Assembly: GCF_000002075.1 (NCBI RefSeq)
Contig: NW_004797989.1
Location: forward strand, 88,721 to 152,720
Direction of reading: 5' to 3'
Source: Aplysia californica
Lineage: Eukaryota
DNA length: 64,000 nt
Part shown: positions 36,381 to 50,000 of the stretch, piece after piece
How the letters are laid out: each line of letters opens with the position of its first letter
Numbering within the stretch: the first letter of the stretch is position 1
The notes under the pieces: model-generated
The model's database searches: none
Told to the model about the DNA's origin: nothing
What the model saw: the letters and a program-made list of their open reading frames with translations, nothing else
Program-made: the position numbers and the translations under genes

Positions 36381-39300
36381 AAAAAGTTGATATTGCATGC
36401 TGAAATGAAAATGTTAAACCTGCATTGGTAAGCACTATTTAATCGTGGGATCTTAGTTACAATTTCTGTGAAAAAAAAATTTTCATGCAGATAATTAGCA
36501 CTTTCATTTTATATAAGATCTAATTATAATGTGTCAGATATACAGTAATTAAGTAATTTTGATTTTTTTTCTTTTCATCGGAGAAATGGTATTGAATAAT
36601 CATCCCTGAAATAGTGAATAAACAGCTAATGTGCAAAATCCAATTGTTTGTCTATAATATATGAGAAAAAAAGTGGGCGATTGTTAAGATCGTCAATACT
36701 TTATGATTGTTGCCTTAAATTATAAATGAAAGCAGATGAGCATGTGTTTATTTTGCTTTTTTTGTTGTTTGTTTAGTATATTTTAATTTTAGACCTATAT
36801 TTCTTTTCTTGCTTTTGTTCTCTTCTGTGGCAATAATAGCATAATTCATGCAATGTGCTGAATATCATAGAAATATTGTTGTTTTGTACTGTTCTTCTTT
36901 CTTTCTGGGTTTTAAAAAATAGTATGTTATGTAAACACTCTTTTTGAAGAGAGTTCCTATACTACTCTGTTCTTTGCAACGGTACCTAGTTTATGAGATG
37001 ATTTGACCTTTCAACACCAACACCTGCATTGTTTAAATGAATATCACAGTGATATGCTGCTGAATAGCTGTCTACATCACATTATTTTACATTTGCAGCT
37101 TAGATAAAATTGATAAAAACAGGGCATTTTGGGTTACATCATGATCCGTTGCATTGGCTGTAAATTAAAAAAAAAATTTTTTTTACTGTAACAGTGTCAT
37201 ATTTCCCAGATTGGCAGTGCTTAGAAATAACTTTTCTTGTCTTTCGCTTTCATTCCCACTAGTTATTTTATGTCAAGGTATGAATGTTTCTGAATATACT
37301 CAGATGTGATGTATGTTTGTTTAAAATGTTTTGTTTGCTGCGCATATTTTTCTTTATTTTACGAAGGGTTCCCCAATGTTCTTGTCACTTTATCATTTTT
37401 CTTGTAAATTGTCGTGCACCATGTTTGTTGCCTCATGAAGTAAGCAAAAATATGTTCACTTTTTCATTCTGTCTTGAGAAGACCTGAATAAAATGAAGAT
37501 TATTCCAAGTGAGCCTTTAAGTTATCTTACTTAACTTNNNNNNNNNNNNNNNNNNNNNNNNNNNNNNNNNNNNNNNNNNNNNNNNNNNNNNNNNNNNNNN
37601 NNNNNNNNNNNNNNNNNNNNNNNNNNNNNNNNNNNNNNNNNNNNNNNNNNNNNNNNNNNNNNNNNNNNNNNNNNNNNNNNNNNNNNNNNNNNNNNNNNNN
37701 NNNNNNNNNNNNNNNNNNNNNNNNNNNNNNNNNNNNNNNNNNNNNNNNNNNNNNNNNNNNNCATTGCCTAACATGTACTTCAATTTTTTTTTCCTGTAGG
37801 CTATATATATATAAAGTATATTATTATGATCACCCTTTCAAAGTGGTTTGGGTTCTTTTGGAGGGGTATGGGATTACTAGTGAAGATGGTTGAGACCTCG
37901 AAAATCAAATGTTGTTTCTGAATTTTGGGGTCATTGTCACTCAAAGTGTCGGTTATAAAGGCATTGTTTGTCATTTCTGCCTGTCTCTTGCTTTTTCCCT
38001 GCACTAGTAAACCTGTGTGGAAAAGTTTTTTAAAAATTTTATATATTATATATATACAATACTACAAACGAACCATCATCTTGTCTTATAGTGACTATGG
38101 GTGGTTTGCTCCTTTCCTATCAAGCATGATCTATAGTCCTTATTATTCTCATCCCCTTTGTTTTTGTTACGGTACGTCTTGTAACAACACTTTTAGTATT
38201 CGGCACGTGTATGCATGACCTTACTATGTTGCAAGAGCCAAGTACCGACGTCTATGGTGTAGTGGTAAATTGCTTTACTGTCACTCGCAGGAGACCCGAA
38301 TGAGAAAAATTTGTATTGAGTATCTCAACCTCATCACAATCAAATTTAATAAAATGAATAAATATGATAAATGAATTTATAACGCGCCAGAATCCACAAA
38401 AGTGCCTGATCTGCGGCAGACATCGGCGATCATGGCCATGGTTCTCCATTCATTCCTTTGCTCGGATGCTCCTATTAAAAAAAGTCCCGCTACCCTGATC
38501 TGTTTTTGATCTTTACCCCTTACCGGTACCCATCTGTTTAGGTTCTCTGGGCCTACCCCTGTCTCGTTTGCCTTCAGTTTCGCCGGTGAGAGTGAGAGCT
38601 AGATGTTCAAGGCCTTTTTAGTCATCCCGGTTTCCCGGGTAGTGTGTGTGATGTTCTGAGCAACCATCTCTTCGGGGATTGGTGGTTAAGTTCTTATTTA
38701 TATAAAGTTATAGATTTGTCACGTTGGGCATTGGGGGGTGGTTTTGAGGTGTGTGTGTGTGTGTTAAGTAAAAATGTGTGTGTGTTTTTTTAAAGTAAAA
38801 ATGTGTAGACCTGTGACGATTAATTTTATGTGAAATGTTAATTGTGGCGTCATAACGGTAAAAAGCTAGATGTTCAAGGCTTTTATTCTATTTACTTGTC
38901 CCCAAAACTGTATTTTGTCTTTTCCTGGATGTTTTTAACAGTGAGCGTCCCATATGGGCTTCATCAAGTACTACCTAATTTAATTTATTTTCCTTCCTCG
39001 ATTATCTCAGCAGCCTCCTGAGAAACTACCTTTCTGTTGTGACCTAGGTGATCTAAATTGTGTCGATTGGGGCGTAACAACACCTACGTTTGGGGAAAAT
39101 GATATTTTACATATAATATTGTTATATTTTATGGAGGAAAGAGGTTCTCCCCAGAAAATGTGAAAGCGTCACAGAGGTCCAAAATCGGTTGCATTCTCTT
39201 GACCAGAGGTACATTATATAGATCTATGTAAATTTTAAAAAAAGAGGGATGTGGGCTATTCTCAACAAAGCCGCTGGGAAAAATGCTTCGATCTCCTCGA

Positions 39301-39675
39301 GGAGAGATATTGAGAAGCTCTAGCTGTTGAGTGGCTTTTCTGCAGAAATATATATGTTGCTTATTGCTGGAGGGTGTTGTCGTTTTCCCCCTCTTTTTTC
39401 CTTTAAAAAATTCAGATAATTCAAAAATTGTTTCTTAGGTGGCCATCCCACCTTACTTTTCGAACATCCTTTGCTGTTAATGTAGGCCGCTAGTTAAAGT
39501 GTACTCTCCACCAATATGTAGTTTAAACGGCTTAGAATCACCCCACTAACCTTATCATTGTTGGCCTTCTCAGTGATCCAAAGACAGAATATTATTATAT
39601 AGCAGGCGCAGAGCAGCCATGATTCATAGGCTGTACACGCATAGCCTGTCCGCCCACTCTTGATTAACAGCTATC

Positions 39676-39900
39676 CGGGCACACCGTTTGCTCAGTTAGT
39701 ATCATCATGCTGGACAATGGATGAATTGGTCCTGGTTCGAATCCCAGACACGGCATTCTTGAACTCGGGTCGTTTGGTGAAGTTTTCAATCAAGGCTCTC
39801 ACTCTCAACCCAGTTTTTTTGGTCCTATCGCAGAAACGGACGTTAAATTCAGAGGTCTCACCTCTTTAGTAAACTAAAAGTGTTGATAGAGATGTTAAGT
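39676..39900 (+). mobile_element. Old tRNA-derived SINE (related copies ~58630-58795 and ~62880-63060)
   Basis: B box GGTTCGAATCCC; block GGTCCT...GACGTTAAA...GAGGTC; tail GTGTTGATAG. Confidence 0.6.
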
Positions 39901-40782
39901 ACATTCATTTAATTAAGAAACACTTAGACTTATGACAACCACACAGGGGGCCTACGCAGAGCAGTGAAAGAGAGAAATTCAACTAGAGCAATACATTTAT
40001 TTAGGCGGTTGACTTGGCGTTTCAATCAACGGCTGCGAGCCTGACCGTCTACACTATTCGCCTTTTTTAAAGTACGCCACTAACTGCATACTGTAGTATG
40101 TTATGTGAACATGTTGCAGTGCGAAGCAAAATAATGTGTACCGGCTGTAGACTTGACTGTAGATTGCCTCCCGGAAAAATAAATAAATTAGCAGCTCAGG
40201 CTTGCTGAACAGTGCAAGCGTACAAAATTTATTTGAGCCAGAACACTAGTGTGATATCTAATGTTAAAAAGTACGATAATATTCGTAAGCAGAATTTTTT
40301 TCCTTCTTAAACCATGCACATGTATACGTACTGGTAGGTCTGAAAAAAAAATCTTCGCCGAACAGACAAACAAACAAGACAAGAAAACAAAGAAAAAAAC
40401 TCCCGTCCAATCGTCTCGAAAACATCTATTACGTGCATCATTGTCATGTTGCTACTTTTGAGAAAACGTGAGCAAAATGTTGTTCTTGACAACGTTCACC
40501 TCAGGAAGACAATGAAAAGAAGATTCAGAACTTGGCAATGGTACTACAAAATCATAATAGCTATACAGTATGTATACATGCAGGGTCTACACAAAGAGAT
40601 TATACTATATATAATTAAATTGGTCTACAGCAAATATAAGACAAGAGTAGATTTTGATCAGTCGACACCGTAACGTCAAAGTTTTCAGAGTTAATGCCCT
40701 TATGCATCTTCATTTTGACAAAAATTAGAAATCGTATACAAAAACACTCATTCATCGGGGAGTTAGGTTTAGGCCCGACAAA

Positions 40783-41071
40783 ATGGAAGTGATGTGGTCT
40801 ATTTTACTTCTCTGTTCATTTCTGTTTCTTCAACATTCGGCATCTGCTCAAGTTTGCAAAATTTCAAACATCCAGATCGACAGCGAGGATGGAAGACAAC
40901 AGTACATTGAACTCAACCTCAAGAAGGTGGACGTGGACGAAGAGGGTTCTTGCCCAGGATGCAACCTAAGTGAGGACTCAAAGGCTCGGGCTTACCAGTA
41001 CAGTCAGTGGACTGCTACCCCACCAACCTTCAACCTTGTTTTTACACCAGGGGAAATTATTCTTGAATGTG
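40783..41071 (+). CDS. TTC13: TTC13 exon 1 (signal peptide MEVMWSILLLCSFLFLQHSASA...)
   Basis: ATG in AAAATGG context; hydrophobic N-terminus; donor G|GTCAGT, phase 1. Confidence 0.75.
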
Positions 41072-44000
41072 GTCAGTACAAAAATGAAATGTTTTATACT
41101 TTGAGTTTCTTTTAAATTTATGCTTCATTCTTTATTAATATTATTATTAATTTTCATTTTAAAAAACAACCAAAACATTAATCAATTAAAATTAATCATT
41201 AGACTTCGATCTCTAGCCTAGTTCTAAATTCTCTATAGATCTACTATAATTTATTACATATAGATCTAGATAGATAGATCTAGATGTCTAGAATCTAGAG
41301 GGATATTATGGATTATAATAGGCCTACGATGACGAATTTACAGCAGAAGCCAAAAATCAGAAGACAACATAAATCGAGCTTACTTTTTTCCACTGACAAT
41401 CAGAGCATACGAAGCGACAGTGAGAAGATTCCCCAAAAACAAGTAATAAACAAACTGCTCACAAAAGTTGCTGCTTAGATCACGATAGGCTACCGGTAGT
41501 ATGAAATTTAATTCTTTTACTTTCACTTCTATGGTCTCATGCTCAGGTTTTAATTTAAGCCCTATTCTTGTTCACTCTATCCGTTTTGTTACACGAATGT
41601 TGACTTTATATTTGTTATGAATTAATAGTTTTTGAAATATTTAATGGTTGCTATTCAAACTATTCCATCACACTAAGCCTAACTGCACAGTAATTTCCGC
41701 ACTCTGGACCAATCAGGGGGTTTTAGAGGGGCGTGCCCCCATGAGGTGAAAGAAAAATCTGAGAGGTTACAGGTTTCCCTAATAATTTGATGTTTCGCAA
41801 TTTTATGTTTGGGAATTTTCTTGAAAAGAATTGATTTGCAACAGTTCAGTTTTAGCGGTCTTTGTGATTTGCAGCAAGAATTATTGCAGTTTGACCCCCA
41901 AAGAAGTGCATAGATCTGTGTGCGGAAGTGAAAGTAGCATCGAGGCAAAATAAAGATCAGCAAAATACCTAGCTGACTAAACATCACAGTCACCAAATAA
42001 ACATCACTGTTGACAACAACAAGAGTTCAAATGTCTGGGAAATATGTTCACCTAAAACTGAAAGATGGACAGAGAAATAGACATCAGAGTAAAAGGGCCA
42101 ACAATACTGTGACATACCGACTAGCACCCATCACGAAACTATTAACTGTATGTTCAATACCTCACTGTGCTACCAAGCCCAAATATGGACAAAAACAAAG
42201 ACCACCAAGTAAAATCAACACCTGTGAAATGAAAAACACTGAAAATCACAAGAAGAGACAAGGTGAAAAATGAGACTATCTAAGAACAAGTTGTCTGAAC
42301 TCTCTGCATACAATACACAGATAAACGACAAATTAAATTTTATGGTTTGGGCATCTGTCAATGAATTAGATAATCTGAGCATCTGACATCTGTCAAGATA
42401 ACCACCTGACAGTAAAGCAGTGAGCTCAAGAGCAAAAATCAGATGGAAGCGGACAGGCGATACAACAACATGAGAATGATGGTTGTTTCTCCCCTTGACA
42501 CTTCAAAGTAACAGAGGCAGAAAAAGTTAAAGTAAATAGTATGAAATAGGTATTAAATTATTATTTTTGTATGTTACTCGCTGATTCAAAAGGATAGTAG
42601 TAAGCACAACTACTTGTAAATCGGGAATGGAGGGTGACTATACAAAAGTAAGTGATTACATAGATTAGAGTAATGGTAGGAAATATTAATAGTCTCATTG
42701 TCAGGCAAAATATCAAGATTTTTAAAAAGGAAAGAAAACAAGTATATATGGAAATATGTTGTAGTGAATGACAACATAATGTAAAACAATTTAACATGTT
42801 CACATTAAGGGATTCTTTTTCAACTTCCAACAATCACATTGTTGAAATTAATCAACAGAATTGTGTTTACCTGTCAACCCTAAGGTTCAGAGTTTGATCC
42901 CCACCAGCTTCAGGTTTTTCTCTTATGTTTTTTACACCCCCTGATCTTAGGGTAGGCCTACAGATAGTTGAGGTAGAATCAAGCACCTAGTCTTCTTGGA
43001 TATATGGACAAAAAATCTGATGGATCTTTTTATGGAAGTTTCATTCATTAAAGATTCTTGGCAGTTATAAAATAAAACAGTGTAGGCCCTCCAGGCTGTT
43101 GTTTGGGCAAAATTAGAAATTGATTCTTATGTAAAACTGAGGCTATTTTAGTCAGTAAGAGATTTAAGAATACCTTTTATATTATTAAGAATCAACTGCT
43201 CTGTGGGAGGAAAATTTTATTGTTGATTACTCCCTGACTTCTAGCAGATTTATGAATAGAAAGGAGAAAAAGACATCCCCCTTCCTTTTTTTGGTGGTCT
43301 GCCGAGGCGGATATTAACTAAAAGATTGCATTTCACATTACAAACTTTTGTTCCTTATGTTCTGTGAAATAGAAGTTTTAAAACTTACAGGATTTTCTTT
43401 ATTTTTTTTTACAGAAGAGATGCAATCTAGAGAGGATTTATTAGATTTTATTTCAAATTTCAAGAGATTATTTAGTGGGAAGTAATTGGATCAAGGTATC
43501 ACTTCATTACAAAAGTGATTTATCTCTTTAAAGTTTGTTTTAATCAGACTCTTGTGCTTTAATTTTCTGTGGTCAGTCGTTCTGGCAGTACATTGTACTC
43601 TTTATTTTTCTTCTATATCCTCAGACTCATCAGACGGTTATTCGCCTCTTCCATTTGGCCTGTGTTCTAAAAGCGCTTCCAGCAAAGAGGGAACATGTGG
43701 AAGTAGCTCTTGCGAATTGAATGATGTAGAGGTAATAGACAAAGGCATATTGTGCAATTGACCTGTGGACCCTCCGGAATTTTTTTGTTGTAAATAGTCA
43801 TATTGTATCATAAATGTATCCTCTGCAGGTGATGTGCACAAAAAGAAATATTGATTCGAAAATTTATGTCCACAGGGTATAGTATAAACTCAATGGCTCA
43901 ATGTATACCTCCATGGTGTTACTTACTATGTTCATGACTCTTCTGAGGTGCAATTACAATAATGCCAAGTCATACTCACAGTAACTAAGAGATGTTATAT

Positions 44001-47000
44001 TGTTTTCTCATTGTTAACACTTTTGTGAAAGCTCTGTGATATGGTTTAAAGATCTGCAAACATTGTGTTTGAAAATTCAGTACATCTCAGGAGGATTTTA
44101 TCTCGAGATTTTGTGGATTTTGAGTCTGCTGTTGTTTTTCTTAAATAAATTTATGTTACAGCTGTTTTGGGTTAAGTACTGAATAGTATAGTTCGACTGA
44201 ATCTGCCCTGTCTTCAGTTCACCACCTCAATGGAATCAGAATGTGATTATGTATGCAGTAGTTAATATGTGTGTGTGCCTGGTGAAAGGTACCAAATAAC
44301 GCATTTTGAAGAATCCCTTTTTTAAAACGTTTTCATGTACCGAGATCATTTCTGAACAATATGCCTTTTGAATTTTAAAGATATTTTCAGTAGTTTTTTA
44401 TGTATCGGTGATTTTGTATGGTAGGTTACGGAAACAACGTTTTGAGAAAAACGGCTTTTAAGTTTTCCCTTTGTTTCTGCTTCAAATAGATAGATCTACG
44501 CTTTGAGACGACCTGACAACACATTCACTACTCACATACCAACTTAAAAAAACAGAACAGCTTCAAAGTGTTTATATTCCGTCTTAAAACCAAATTCACC
44601 ACCCCCTTGAGCAAGAATTTTTAAGAAATAGATCTAGGTTTGCACAGAGCAGAAAAAGGCGATACAAGTTTGCTCTCCAAAGAAACGAAAGGGTGTGGAT
44701 GCGCAAAGCTTCGCTTTGTTTACATGTTCTAGATATTCATGCGCACTACCTGCCATTGGAGAGGGGAGAGACTGACCTAAATTTTGGTATGCATTGTGAC
44801 TTTATGAATGAACAAGAGAAACCATCCGCAGTGTTTACTCGGAAAACCAATTTTCCCACGCATTTTTGGGGATTATGTAATATACCTCTTGTTAAAAAAC
44901 ATCTTTAAAAATGTATTTTAAATTAAAAGAAACTCAATTCTTTGTATTTATCGATATATTAATTTCTAAAGAATCCATTTTTAGTGGAACTTAGTTTTTG
45001 TCAAAAGTTCTATTTTTGACCTTTGAAGCCTGATATTTCGGTTCGAATAAATGCATCTTTTGGTACTTTTCACCAGGCACTCTCACGTATAATCTTGCAT
45101 ATTCCATATTTTATCTTCAGGATTTAGCAGAAGTGATAGAGGAAAAGAATCTAATCCCTCTTCGAACTGGAGATGAAAAACTTGATCACCGAATAGGTAG
45201 GATGTTATTTATTGTACCTTTAACAAAACTTTAATTCAGACTTTTTATGCTGGCGAGTCAAAACTGTATTTGATTTTTTTGAGTCATCACAATAGCATGA
45301 TTGCAATATTTTATTGTTGTTAAATACTTAATGTGGCAGAAAGAAAATATTTAAGAATGATTGAATTGGGGGAAAATGTGAGTTTGTTAGGATGAAAAGT
45401 TACCTTATTTTGCTTTGAAGGTTTATTTTATTTAAATTACGATAAAAAAGCAAACCCCAACCTGAAAGACCTGAATGAGATGCTGTTTGCAGACCACCAA
45501 AGCCTGGCATATGAGAAAGAAGAGCAACTTTAAGAGCACACAGACAGGCTGATTACACGGTGTGAAAAGCTCAACATGAAAATCAGCAAAAGCAAAATTG
45601 AGATAATGAAGGTCAGCAAAAGCACCTGGCTACCTCAACATCAGCATCGACAAAATTCCGCTGAAACAAGTCAGCGAGTTCTCGTATCTTGGCAGTATCT
45701 TCTTGGAAGACAGACGTCTCAACAGAGAAATTGAGAGGGGAGTACAAAAGGCTAACAGTGACGGCTACCAGCTTGCCCCACTCCTCAAGCATCCTAACAT
45801 CCCCATTGAGACCAAAGCTAAGCTTATTAACTCTATTTTCATCCCCATCTTGACACACCAATACAAGACATGAACCTTGACCAAAAGTCTGGAACACAAG
45901 ATAACCCCCTGCAAGATGAAATGTATAGTGAGAGCCGTCAACAAAACCAGATTGGATGTGATTAAAAAACAACAATATCAGAGAAATGGTGGGAACAACA
46001 CCTGTCCTCAACTACATTTAGAGGCATACAATCAGGTGGTTTGGACATCTGACATATGTGGCACCTCACCAGCTTGCCAGTAAAGCGTATTACAAAACGT
46101 TATCAGGGTATAAGGCAAGAGGGAGACCAAGGAAGACCTGGATCGAGGGTGTGAAGGATATCCTGAAAACACACAATATCCCACCCAGCCAGGCCATCCA
46201 GCTTGCTAGAAACAGAAAGCTTTCTCCCCTCAACACCCTTGAGGTACAAGAGGAAAGATAAAGTAAAGTAAAGTAAGAAGACTACATTCTTTTACTTATA
46301 TATTTAGTGTGCTCCAGCATTTTTCATTTGTGTACTTTTATGCTGTATTGGTCTATTTCTGACACTTTGTTATACAAGTATGAATATTTGTTGTACGTTT
46401 TCCACAGCGAGGGCTATTGTTTTGCTCAACATTGGTAATGTTGACAAGGCTATTGATGAGTTTACTGCTGTAATAGAGGTGAGATGGAATTTATGTTTTT
46501 TGCTTTCGTGCTCTTATTTTTTTTAGACTTCGAGCAGGATTCAGTGCAGGCATATATTTTTGATCTGTTGAAATTTTAAATGTGAGCTACATCAGATTTT
46601 AAAAAAATTTTGAACTTGAGCTCTAAAATGAAGTTTATTCTAAATGGTAACACGAATATCTCTGTAGATTGCATGCATAGACAGAAGCAGAGCTGCCAAG
46701 TGCCACAGAAATTCCGGGACTGCCACGGAAATGAGTTCCCTGCCACGGAAGTTTGCAATTTTGTACCTATATTTAAAAAAAAACCAAAAAGCAACCCCCC
46801 CCCCCCAAAAAAAGCAACAAAAAAACCAAAAAAACCAAAACCAACAACCGAGATTCGTTGAAACCCGGGACAAGCAAATCGCAACACAAAAGGCCCAATT
46901 TGACAAAGACAAGTGACAGAGGCTGTTAATTTTTAGCAACCAATCCTCACAAGCTTACGGTCAGCTGACTTAAACAAAAGCCCAGTTTGCCTCGTTTTGG

Positions 47001-50000
47001 TACGATCGATACTCGGACGTTAGTTCTCGGAAAAGCCTCTACCAGTACCGGTATTGAGTAGACCTATCGGGCATATTAGATCTAGTTCTACCCTTGGCCC
47101 TACTCTGGGCCGACTTCACTAAAAGCAAAAGATCTGTATCCGAAGTTGCCTTTATATTAGAAAATGATATAATGTTCGACTAGACTACAGGAAGTCTTTC
47201 AGTTTATCTGTATGCTTTTGTTCTCATTGATTGCCTCCACAAAGACCGTTAGGCCTGTAATACCCTTCAGTCACGTGGTGGTCTCACTGTTTGTGAGTAT
47301 TAATTCTCATACCCAAAGCTCTTTTTTTTAGCAGTGTGAGTACGCACTGTACTGGGTGTGTCACTGAAATCATGGAAATATGTCCCTGAAAAGGGTTTAT
47401 GATACTTGGCAGCTCTGCAGAAGTAATGAAAATTTAGGCTTACAGAATATAGTATTCTCATACTGTGATTACTCTTTTATGTCATTCTTTCTTCATGCTT
47501 GTAATCAAGGGAATGGTATAGTCTTTTCACAACAATAATAACCTAAATTTACTAAAGAGTCTGTTCATTCATGTAGAAGTTTGTGAAGTCTTTGGCCATT
47601 TGTACTAAAACCTTTCAATTGTGAAACAAAGTGAAGTTTTGAGATGATTTTATTTTTGTAGTTTTTACATCTTAGATTTTTTTTTTTACCCCAACGATAA
47701 TGATGTTCACTGTTTCTGTGTCCAGTCAGAACCAGGTGCTGCTGTGGCGTACTTTGGCCGGGGTGCGGCTTATGCCAGACAGGGACTGCAGGTACGGGGG
47801 GGTTTCCTTGTTATATTTATGTTAAGCTGACATCAGAACACCAAAAGCTGTGGGCCTCTTGAACTGATGGGGTTTAGTTCAAGGGCTTCCCCAAGGATTT
47901 TCTTAAACTTACAAGTGTATAGAGCTTGCTGCTGAGTGGGAATTTTGGCTAAACGAATGCTGTTTATTATTATATTTTAGTAATTATAACTAGAAGAAGC
48001 TTGGATGTTGTTCCTTCTCCTTTTCTCAGTCATTTTCTTGAGCCTCCACAAAACTTCTAGTTTTTCCTCTCGTATGGTTTGCTTTCTTAAGTGAGTGAGT
48101 ATCTGTCTAATGAAAATAAGAAAACAATTTAAAATTTAAAATTTTACGCTTATTTGAATCACAGTTTGGGACAGGGATGTGGGACATGCATCACCCCTCC
48201 GAGATTTTCAGAAAACCTATTGTTATTGATCTTGTGGGGACCAATGTTGCTCCTTTTGTCGTACTTATTATGAGGGCTGTCAATTGCTTTCCAGTCTTAC
48301 TGCCAGAGTGCATTGTGTATACCTTCAGAACTTGAAGTAGAGGTTGTGTTTGTTTCAGCATCCACTTGTGGCAAGACGAGCTCTGGCAGATTTCAACAAA
48401 GCCATACAGCTAGACACTGGTGGCTCCAGACCAGACATCTACGTTCATAGAGCAGAGGTGAGAAAGAATATGTACAATATTTGTTTCTTGAAAAAGAGAA
48501 TTCAACAATTCGAGACTTCCTCGATCGTGTATTGAGTAGAGCAACTAATGAAGTAACATTTCCATATGCCATGTCAATTGTCCACATTTATAAATTAATG
48601 TTTTTGTTCCCTTCAAGTCCAGTTATTTTTTTCCCTCCTAAGGAACTGCCACAGCAGACAAGCAATTTAAAGTATCCATGTCGTTTATTCCTTGAAACTT
48701 TATTTTTTAATATGGAATGTATTTTTTTTTTCACCAGCTCATCTTCTTTACTTTCTCTTCATTTTTCTCTCCAGGTGTTGATGATGTTACAGCACTTTCA
48801 TGATGCTTACAATGATGCCACAACTGCTCTAAAAGTAAAACCCATGCCAAAGATTTATTTTCTGAGAGGTGTCATAAGTTTGCTATTAGAGGTAAAGTGA
48901 TTGTTTCAGAGATTTTGAAAAGAAATATATCCATGTTGTGTGCTTAATTTTTTTCAATCAAGTCAAATTTTATTTGTCTTTCCCTGAAAGTTTCAGCTTT
49001 TTTAGGAAAGAAAGATATTATTTACCCTTCTTGATTTTTGTCCTTCAACTTCACTTTTCTTTTTTTACTATAGCCTGTAGCTCCTTCAGGGGACTAGATT
49101 GTTTATGAATATTCATTCTCTTTCTTTGTCATCTGTGCATCCTGAAAATGTCCTATTGCCTCCTAAATTATCTAATTGTGTCAATGTAGATCATTAACAG
49201 TTAATTAATGAAAATGGCTTTAGGATCGTTTTGTGGTCTTTTTTTTCTTTTTTGTAAATGTTTTTTGGTGCTCGCCACTGCATAAGGTCATATGAGCGCG
49301 CAGGACTTTGTGGTCTTCATAACTGTCACTTTATGATAAAACTCATGGATGGTTCCCAAGTATAAATATATGTATGCAACTTTGTGAATATATTTTGACT
49401 TTTTAACCTTTATTTTTCCTATACAGAATTTTTCTGATGCAGAAAATGATTTCCGTAAAAATCTTCAATGTTCTGATGAGAAAATCCAATCATTGTCTCA
49501 TTTTCACCTGGGCCTGGCCTTGTATTACAGAGGAAAAGTCAGGGTAAGTGATTGCCTTTGGCAGAGCTACATTACTTCCTGGATTTTTCTTAACATTGCA
49601 AGAAACTGTCGCAAGAAAAATGAGTATTTCTGATTGACTTTAAGTAAAATCATTGTGGTTACTCCTTTGTCTTTCAACAACGCGAATATGTAGTGATCAT
49701 CTGGTGCAACTTTACATTTTGCCTAGCATGATTAGCTTTTCCATGAATGCCCTATAGATGCTATCTTATTTGGCTTTTACTTGTTCTCCCAGAAATAAGA
49801 CATTCTGCCTGTAAGATTTATTTTTGAGGAGAGAATTACTCAAGTATTTGAATATCAGTATGAACTGCTCACAAGTTTGTTTAAATCTTTTGTCTCATTT
49901 GTTTAAGTATATGGTCTTTATTTTTTTTATGTAATCGAGTGAAAACCACTTTTTAATATTTTGCCGTTACATCTCGTCGATCGGTGATGTTTACCATCCA

